Assembly: GCA_001662655.1 (NCBI GenBank)
Contig: KV460234.1
Length of the DNA: 64,000 nucleotides
Origin: Pseudogymnoascus verrucosus
Taxonomy: Eukaryota
Direction: 5' to 3' (one strand)
Under the pieces are notes generated by a model. That model saw only the letters and a program-made list of their open reading frames with translations, was not told the DNA's origin and did no database searches. Shown one piece after another: positions 55,059 through 64,000 of the stretch; the stretch's first letter is position 1; each line of letters starts with the position of its first letter. A program made the position numbers and the translations under genes.

Positions 55059-55487
55059 TATCAGCCATGACGAATAGAGGAATTTTGCTATGCATCTACG
55101 ATTTATGGCATTTTTACCATGGTGAAGGTTGCCATGTATAGTTTTGCTAGTCAAGAATCAAGTTTTGGTATTGGTAATATTACCATAATTGAACCCTACT
55201 GTGCAAGCTATGATTTGCTTCGGAGAACACCTTCTTACGTTTATGACGCAGCGTTGAAATCGTTCGAGCAGTCGCATGGATTATACTAGTGCAGTCATTA
55301 TTAGGTACTAAGAATTGTGCTTAACACACGTTACATTATCTTGGACCTGGTTACCTGCCATTTGTCGCCCCACTAAAGCTGCCACTGCCCATCCCCCCGC
55401 TGCGGGGTTACATATCCCTATCCGGCTATGTTGTGCCTATCTCCTGTCTTTGGTTTGTGGAGGTTGTGCATAGGTGATCCTACATTT

Positions 55488-55720
55488 TCAGTCATTTCTT
55501 ATATTAGAGACTGTAGTCTTGAGCTCGTTGAAGTACGTCGGTTTCTTGTTTTCCATCTCGCCGAGGTAGCCTCTGTCGATAAGGCAAGTTAGGGTGACTG
55601 TGTTGTCGTTATACACGATGTCCGAAGTCTCACATTTATCCCATGGCTCTGAATTAGAATATTCTAGGGGGTGCCATAATAAACATAGCGATGTGGAATT
55701 CTCCAATCCATAGTATCCAC
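55488..55720 (-). pseudogene. Fragment resembling the C-terminal PD-(D/E)xK-like domain of large fungal proteins
   Basis: HP.Y....W...ETSDIVY.D...LT..L.DRGYL......PTYF.ELKTT with no intact upstream gene. Confidence 0.45.
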
Positions 55721-55982
55721 AGCTACGCTTGTATTTCTCCGTGCATCCCGTTGACAACCTCCCCACCATAACTTCCGCGAATTCCGCGACACGCGGTTCC
55801 TCAAGCATAAATCTCGAATGTACGTGCCTATCTGTCTTGCACAAGCTATGTTTGCCGCGCAACTCCGTTATCTATTCCTCTTCGTACTAGATAATTAGAT
55901 AAGGTTAACCCACTTTTTCCGAAGTACCCCACTCTCTCCGATCCTCCGCTCCGACTTACAAAACCGCACTCACGCCGGAGTA

Positions 55983-58346
55983 ATGTCATTGAGCCATTCA
56001 AGCAGGATGAAGAAGCGTCTAAGGGCTTCTTGTGATCCCTGCAGAGTTCAAAAACTCGCATGCGATCATGTGCAGCCAGTCTGCTCTCGCTGTGAGCGAA
56101 AGGGGAACGCTGCTGCATGTTTCTATCGCGAGAACCCCTTCAAGCGCTCGAGGCCTTCAGTCGCTTCTCAGTCGCCGAGGAGCCAGGTGTAAGCATGCGC
56201 TTTGCATTCAAGATCGTTCCGCTTTTTATAGCCCGTTCTAAAGCCCATTTATAGGCTGTCTCCTCCAACCGTGCCCTTATCCTCTCCAGCACAAGCCCGG
56301 CTATATCCCAACCCAGGCTTCCTCGGGTCGTCGTCTTTTGAGGCGGTCGTACACGAACTTAATGATGAGAATCAACAATGCATAACTGCACCTCTAGGCT
56401 CTGAAAACACAAGTCTAGCCAGAGAAGTTGCCCGATCCACCGCTCAATTCACCCAGGATCTTCAACGAATACAAAATGGGGCAGACGTGCTAACCCTTGC
56501 CTTAAACCTACGGAAGCTTAATGCGACGAAAATACTATTTTCCGAATGGGGAGGTCACAGCAGTGACCAGTTTCTAGGTTCCACATGTGCAACTCTCTTC
56601 CAAGAGTCTTTCTCCGCCGATATGGCTGAGATTGAGCAAAGCACCGATCAAGTGAATGGCGTCCTTTCCATGTCTCGCAGGTTGTTTGATAATAGCACCA
56701 AGCCCTTCGACATTAGTGATTCAATGAGTGTGAAGGAATTCTATTCTCTCTACACCGCATCAAACTTGCGCTGGGAGACCATTGGTATAATAATAACATT
56801 CATTGGGTAAGTAGCACAGTAAACCGCGCTGTTATGGAACACCCTAACATCGTTAGGATGATCGCGATAGAAAACAGACACTGGCAATCAATCGATTCCA
56901 CAGAGGTAGAACGACAGCGCCTCATTTCAAAACTGGTTGAGGCAAGCGATACCTGCCTGCTATTTTGCGAGACCTTCGACAACCTAAACGACATGCACAT
57001 CACGCTGCTTCATCTCAACTTCCTTCTACATTCCATGTTCGATGGAGACCAAAGTAGGAATCCACGCCCTTAATGTGGCTGTAGAACTCACAGCCCTAGG
57101 TTTCAAGACGTGGCGCCGGTTGCACGATGCCATCAGTGCGTTATTTGCGCTTGGTCTCCACGAAGAGCTCGTCGAAGGCCCCAAAACACCCTTTTTTGTG
57201 GTCCAACTCCGAAAACGCATATTTGCGAGGATATATGGAGCGGATATAAGCTTCGCGACGTTTTTAGGCCGCCCGCCGAGAATAAGCAAACGCTTCTGCT
57301 GTATTCACGTTCCGCTTGATCTGGAAGAGGAAGTATATGAGTACGGAAGAGAAGAAATAATCACTGAGATGCAGCAGATTGACAGCAATGGTTGGAATAC
57401 CAAAGGAGAGATTAGGAAACATGCGGGTCGACGATGGTCAATGATACTCGCAACAATTACAGAGGATATTTTAGAAGTCCTGCTAGGTCGGCACCCGACA
57501 AACGTGCCCGATACTATATCGTAAGAAGTCCTTCACGTTGATGATACGTAGCTAAACTCATCACAGCAGGATTAGAGTAGAGTGTGAAGCGGCTTGGGAT
57601 TCTCTACCAGCCATGCTCAAGAGTCCGAGAGAATCTTTATGGCACAGCGGCTATTCACCCAAACAGCTTGATACTCTGATCTTAGTCAAGCTCTTCTACC
57701 TTCATACTTTATTCCTGGCGGAGAGAGCTCTTTCACGTCATACTCGGGAGATCAGTTTGGGCTCCCTGTCAACTGCCTATGAGATGCTTTGCTGGGTGAA
57801 TGATGCAATGATACGGAGAGACAGGTTATCAACATTTGCGCACACTTCGTTAGCTTGGAGAGTAGGTTACTTGCGCTCTTTCCCCGAGTTTTGCTAACAA
57901 GACACAAGGTAGCATCTTTTGCTCTCCCCGCCGCCGGTGTCCTTGCGCTGAATCTTCTGCGCCACGCCAGCAATAGTTTCCTTCAACGACATGAAGCTGT
58001 GTCCCGAATGCAGATTATAGAAGGGCTTTCCGTACTCACAGCACACCTCGATGTTTTGTTTGAGCCCGGTGATGGGAATTATCAGCTATTCTGTGAGGCT
58101 AAACGTGTACTACAGTCAATCCTAGAGATCGCGATCACGCCAGCTGCGCAGAGGCAGGTTGATGGCCCCTTTTCTGATTCTGCTGTGGGATTCAGTGAGG
58201 CGGACTGGGAAAGTTTTGACCAGTGGGGATTCGATAGCGATTTCTGGTAGGCAATATTGCTCCAAAATATCCTTGCTGTACTGATTGTATGCAGGTCAAA
58301 TCTTGGGGATCACCCGCTGCTCGCTTCTGAGATGTACGATGGGTAG
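55983..58346 (+). CDS. Zn2Cys6 transcription factor (multi-exon); candidate cluster regulator
   Basis: RASCDPCRVQKLACDHVQPVCSRC......CFY; LRWETIG, ALGLH, FLGRPPRI, GDGNY. Confidence 0.9.
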
Positions 58347-60454
58347 AATGAATGGAAAGAGGCTAGATGGCTTTGTTGTGTTGATATCTGTGCTGTTTCG
58401 TTTACGCTGAAAATTGGTTGAAGTATGTGAGAAATACGCTCAGCTTTAATAATAGTTATAATACCCACTATTATTATATATTGTTGATATTTATTTTTTA
58501 CCTGCATTCTAATTTTTTTTAGTTAGAGGCAAGATAGAATTAAACTTGATCTATTCAACTGCTTCACTAAACTGCTTACAGCTGCTACGGGGTGGACGAC
58601 TGCGAGGAGACGGAGTGACGGGAGGATAGGTGGAAGGAAGCAAAAATGTGATCGCATATAAAGCTGTGGTGGGCGAGATGCAGCGTGCAAGGGGTTCGAG
58701 ATCTAGATCACGATCTTGCGTTGCATCTGGGCAGGAGGCCAGGAATGCATGTGTGTGTATAGATCTAGATTTCATAAGGCTTATTTTGGCGGTTTAGGTG
58801 TGTATTTGTATTACCCACCTCTCCCTACTCAATGGCCGAGTTACGTTCTTTGCGCCTCCGCGGCTATGGAGATACAGTTTCGTGATATGGTTTGCTATGC
58901 AACTATCATAGGTGGGAGAGGAGGCGGAAAGAAACCGAGGAAAAAATACGACAATACGAGTAGAAGCCAGACAGCGAGAGGTTATCGTGGGGGAGTGTAG
59001 AGCCAGGGCCAGGAGCGAGGTGACGCAGCACCGGCATCACGCATGATCGGCGCAGGGACCTACAAGCGCAGGATCTCGATCTCGATCCCCCAATCACGCG
59101 GGCGAGCACGCGAAGGGGTTGTAGTGAGGTGTGCGAATTTCTTCTCTACCGGTGCTACGAGGGAGGTGCGTGGGTTAATCTGAGACAATTGAATCTCAAA
59201 CAAACATTCCACATAAAAAGCATTCTATCCTCACGTGGATTTGTCAATTCACAGAATCCACTCAATCCCAACAATTCAAGCGTGCGCGTCTCTTTTACGT
59301 CTCCTACCAAGACTCTACAAAAACCGCCGCGATCCGGCCTTGGGATCTTACCCAGATCTCCCCAAATCTCTCCAGATCGACCTCCACCGCCACCCAGATC
59401 GACCTCCACTACCCGGGCCCGAGTACCCAGAAATCCCAAACCTTACCCCAAAATCCAATAAAAACCCCAAACAATCCCGAGAATCTCAACTTTCCAAACC
59501 GAGTATATCCAATAAACCCCCAAAACGCAGGCAAACGAAAGAAATGGGGATGCGTCTGATGAATGTATGGATACTCTTTCGGCGAAGTACATAAGCCACC
59601 GAACAAAGCATAAACGCGGGTAGCCGTGGAAAATACGCCATATAAGCTGAGATTAGTTGGGGGTGCAGTATCGATGTTTCACTGCGGAGGGTAGCTGCGA
59701 GTTTGGAGGGTGGGGACATGGCGTTTCTAGGTGGGGGGAGGGGGAGGGAAGCTATAGAATGTTTGAGAATGAGACATTCCACCACACGGGGGGTGAGAGG
59801 GGAGATGATATGCAACTCTATCCTGGTTATGAGAGCACGCATGCTGTCTGTCTGTTTAGGATTCGGTATGGTCATTAACTTAGACAGCCATGCCGGGTTG
59901 AGAAGATAGAGAGAGCTATCCCTACATCTCCCCCCGCACAGCGTCTGCACTCCCCCATAAATATCCGAAAGAGCTACGACAGATGAGGTGTCGTGCCTTA
60001 CACTATGCTGTGTCGATCAGCTAAGCAGTAGTCGTTTAAACAGATCAAGACACTTGCAGAAGCTGTGTCCCAGAGTGCTTGGCTGACGACGAATGGGAGC
60101 GGAGCAGCTAAGGGGGTATGATGGTGGAGTGGAAATACTTGGAAGGGGCTGGAATATAGTATAGAGATAGATACTGCGATGTAGTGACGTGGTAGCACGA
60201 CGTATTAATGCTATGCATTAAGCTCAGTTTATCTAACAGCAAAGAGTAGCACATGATACTCTCGACGTTAGGGGGTAGGATTGGGAGGGTAATGAGTTGG
60301 AATGCACCTACACAAAACCAAGGCGTAGACATCTGTGTAACGACTATATAAGATGAGTAAGAAACTCCATCGTAACTAACATCTTAAAACCAACGTCTCT
60401 CCGGCCCACAAGAGCCGCCGCAACAAATACCGAGCGTGACAAATATATCACCAC

Positions 60455-60519
60455 CACCATCCCCCATCCCCATCCCCCATCCCCATCCCCATCCCCCATC
60501 CCCCATCCCCATCCCCCAT
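60455..60519. repeat. (CCCCAT)n-type microsatellite
   Basis: Tandem catcccc/catccccc units. Confidence 0.85.
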
Positions 60520-61191
60520 TCCCAATTCCTCCACTTCCTACCAACTCTCCCACACTGTCTTTATCTCTTTACTCCGAATACAGCTAACCTACCCACAAAG
60601 ACTCGTCACCGCCCACAAAGAAACGGCGAGTCTGTCCCCCGTACGACGCGGTATAGGATACCCGCGCCGTGATACAGGTATATCCGCCTGTGCCTGCGGT
60701 ATTGCGATGGGGTGAGTGTGGTGGTGGCAAAAACGGGCGTGGTGCATTAGATCCTCTCCAACTTATGGATTTGGAAGACGGTGCTGGAAGAAAGACTACA
60801 GAAGGATTGGGGGAGGATTGGAGAGGAATCGCTCTCACACACATGAGCACAAAATGGAAATTAGGTAGGGCCAATCGACTCGCTCTCCGCGGACATCGGC
60901 ACCCCCTTCCTACCGACCGGGTCGAGAGTACTATGTACGCGGGCGGATTCAAGTTATGTGCATCAATGAAATAGGTGGATTTGGATGGATGGATGCAAGC
61001 AGAGCGCCGGAGATGCGAGGCGGGGAGGCGGATTGGGGAGATGAAAGAAAATTTAAGTTAATCCCTGGTGTGGGATGGAGGGGTTGGGTAGGTATAAGGA
61101 GGGGTGGGTTGCGCTGTTGGAGGGGCTGTTTTGGGGGACAAGCTTTTTGAATCATCACTTACCTACCTACCTACCAATTCATTGCTTCGAG

Positions 61192-63096
61192 ATGATACTA
61201 CTGCCCGAGTCTGATGTGCTCGATGAGAAGTGCCGAGTCGTCGTCGGCGGGGAGGAGAAGGGTGGGAGTGAGATGGCGATTCAACGACTGCCCATACTGC
61301 GACTAGCAGTAGGACACCCGCCAATCCAAGATATCCCGGCGAGTTCTCCAACAAACTCACCAACCTCTACTCTCTCCGCGCTCTCCATCTCCAAATGGTC
61401 CATACGCGGGCCAGACGCCACCTGTGCAGCCCTTACTACAGACGAGTCGACTATCACAGCGGATATCGAGCCGCCGCCTGATGGGGGGTATGGCTGGGTG
61501 TGCGTCTTGTCCTGTTTTCTGATTAACGCCTTCAGCTGGGGTGTTGTTTCCGTTCGTCCTCCCCTTCCCCCATTCCCTCCCCCCCTTTCTCCCCCACCCC
61601 CTTCCCCAACACCCAAGCTAACCCCCCCTTCGCACAGTCCTACGGCGTATACTTAGCCTACTACCTAACCCACCCCCTCTTCCCCATCGCCACCCCAACC
61701 ACCTACGCCCTCCTCGGCGGTCTCAACTTCGGCACCGCCACCCTCTGCGCCCCCCTCCTCACAATCCTAACCCGTCGTTATGGACCCCGGCGCCTCATCC
61801 TCCTCGGTGCCTTCCTCCAAACCCTCTCACTGATTCTCGCTTCCTTCGCTACCGAGACGTGGCATTTACATCTTACTCAGGGTGTGTTGCTGGGTTTAGC
61901 GGTGGGGTGCGCGTATATACCTTCTGTGGCTATATTACCTCAGTGGTTCGAGAAGAGGAGGTCTATAGCAGCGGGGATAGCGGCCGCGGGGTCGGGGGTG
62001 GGTGGGGTGATCTTCTCCTTCGCGACGCAGCCGTTGATCGACCACTTCAGCCTCGCCTGGTCCCTCCGCGCCATCGCCGTCATCTCGGGAAGCATGCTCC
62101 TCGTCGCCGCCCTCCTCCTGCGCACGCGCAACGCCGCGATTCAACCACGCCAACACGGATTCGCTATCCGACTCCTCGCGCGCTACGAGGTCGTGTTGCT
62201 GCTCGGGTGGTCGTTTGCCAGTCTCGTCGGGTATATCGTCTTATTATTCAGCCTCTCCGACTACGCCCAATCCATCGGTATCCCCCCCTCGCGCGCAGCC
62301 TCCATAACAGGTCTCGTCAACGTCGGTACCGCCGTCGGTCGTCCCTTCGTCGGCGCACTAAGCGATCGCTGGGGACGCATCGAGGTTGCGGGCGTGGTGA
62401 CGGCGGTGTGTGGGGTGAGTGTGTTTGCGGTTTGGGTTCCCGCCGAAAGGGGGGGGGAGGCGGTGGTGATGGGGTTTGCGGTGCTGGCGGGGGCGACGTT
62501 GGGGACGTTTTGGGTGGCTATTGGGCCGTTGTGTGTGGAGGTTGTGGGGTTGGTGGAGTTGCCGGCGTTGTTGTCGTTGGCGTGGGTGGTTGTTGTTGGG
62601 CCTTGTACTGGTGAGTTTGGGGATTTTTTTGTGTTGTGGTGTGGTGTGTCTCCTATCTTGTGGGTTGTGTGGGTTGTGCGCTGTTGTGTTTTGTGTTGGG
62701 TTTTGGATCTGGGGTTTATTTCCTGTCGTGTATATCGAGTTCGCTTGTCATAACCCCCCAAGGTATCACCTCAAAAAAAAAAAGAAAGCTAACACCCAAC
62801 CAGTCTCGGAGGTAATAGCCCTCAAACTCCGCACCCCCGGCACGTCACACCCCTACATCGGCCCGCAAGTCCTCGCCGGCACCGCATACCTCGTGGCAGC
62901 CGGCATCATGCTCGAGCTATGGCGTGTTCATCGCGGGAAATCGGGGAGGGCGGCGGTAGGGGTTGATGTTGAAGAGGGAGGAGAAGCAGGGGGGGTGAGA
63001 GTTAGAGGGGAGGAGCTGATGGAAGAGGTTGTTGTTGTATCAGGTGACCACAAGAACGAGGTGAACAGACAGCAGGTGCAGGAAGAAAAGTCATAA
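61192..63096 (+). CDS. MFS monocarboxylate-porter family transporter (introns at about 61552-61637 and 62611-62803)
   Basis: PPPDGGYGWVCV, PQWFEKRRSIA.GI..AGSG.GG, GRP..G..SDRWGR. Confidence 0.88.
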
Positions 63097-64000
63097 CACA
63101 CACGGGATCGGTAAGAAATCACCTCGGTGACCGGCTCGGCTTGAAGCTCAGGCTCGGCATTCATCGGAGGGGGAGGTGGGGGGAAAGAGGCAGAAAGAAG
63201 GTGAATGGAGTATCGGAGTACAAGTAGGAAAAATCTGTATACCCTTAGTATATTTTCTCACCTTTTCCAACTGCCTTGATTCGTATTCGTTACTCTTAAC
63301 CTCTTTAGTTTTGATACAAAAAACACAACGCGCGCCGATGTCGGATACATCCACCGCCACCTCTCCTCCTTCAGTCACCCTCACCTATCCAATTCCTCCC
63401 GTCAGCCAAGATCCCCATCATCCCATTATCCCACCATCTCGGCCCCCCATACCCGGCCGGAACCCTACCCCGCGCCTCTCTTCTCGCCAATTTATGTAAT
63501 CCCAAGGGCGCGTGAGCCTGAGTGAGTCAATCCCCTAGCTCTAAAGCTCGAAATCTGGACGTCGAGGGAGTGGGGCGTATATGGGGCTAGATGTGGGGCT
63601 TAAAGACCTGGCGAGGGGAGCTAACGGATGTGACGGCTCTAGCGGGGTTTGCTTGGCGCGGACGACACTAGAGATGCAGGGAGGGTGCGGCGGCGGGTGC
63701 TGCGGGTGGTGTTCGGGGGTTGTAAAAAAAAAAAAAAAAAAAATGGATGGAGGGAGAGAGTCATTTGGGACGGGTGTTGGGGGGATGGATGGGGATGGAG
63801 AGGGGAATGGGGGATTGTGAATTAGGGAGGGGGGTTGGATGGGATTGTAGGGTGAGATGGGTGAGGGAGTGCGTAATCGTGGAGATGGAGATGGGAGTCA
63901 CGGATTATCTGATGTCGTGATGTGGTGGGAGAGATTGTGTGATTGTTATGTTCGTATTGTTGTTGTGGGCAGGGCGCGAGTGGGCGTGGGTAAGTGTGGA

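Noticed and set aside
58500..61100. Numerous short ORFs in the intergenic region
   Set aside because: Low-complexity, overlapping on both strands, no motifs

Overview
Fungal (filamentous ascomycete-type) genomic DNA: short GT-AG introns with CTAAC/CTGAC branch sites, three Zn2Cys6 regulators, about 26 genes or gene relics, and one assembly gap (9541-9553). The strongest signal is a candidate fungal cluster for degrading and using bacterial peptidoglycan stem peptides (about 45.5-58.3 kb). It contains a secreted AmiE/YbbE-like serine amidase (3'-truncated here), a D-amino-acid oxidase, a PTR2 peptide transporter, an intronless secreted YkfC-like NlpC/P60 endopeptidase, a proline iminopeptidase-family peptidase and a Zn2Cys6 factor. 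Its promoters share a TCGGAG motif, multimerised in two inverted copies of a ~20-bp tandem array. A second candidate is a convergent two-gene module (19.4-20.9 kb) with an AbiEii/DUF6036-like nucleotidyltransferase and a partner, resembling a bacterial toxin-antitoxin pair. Also present are a PL7 lyase/TF/sugar transporter/sulfatase group and a TF/MFS/thioesterase/RTA1/esterase group. All family calls come from motif recognition; no database searches were run.
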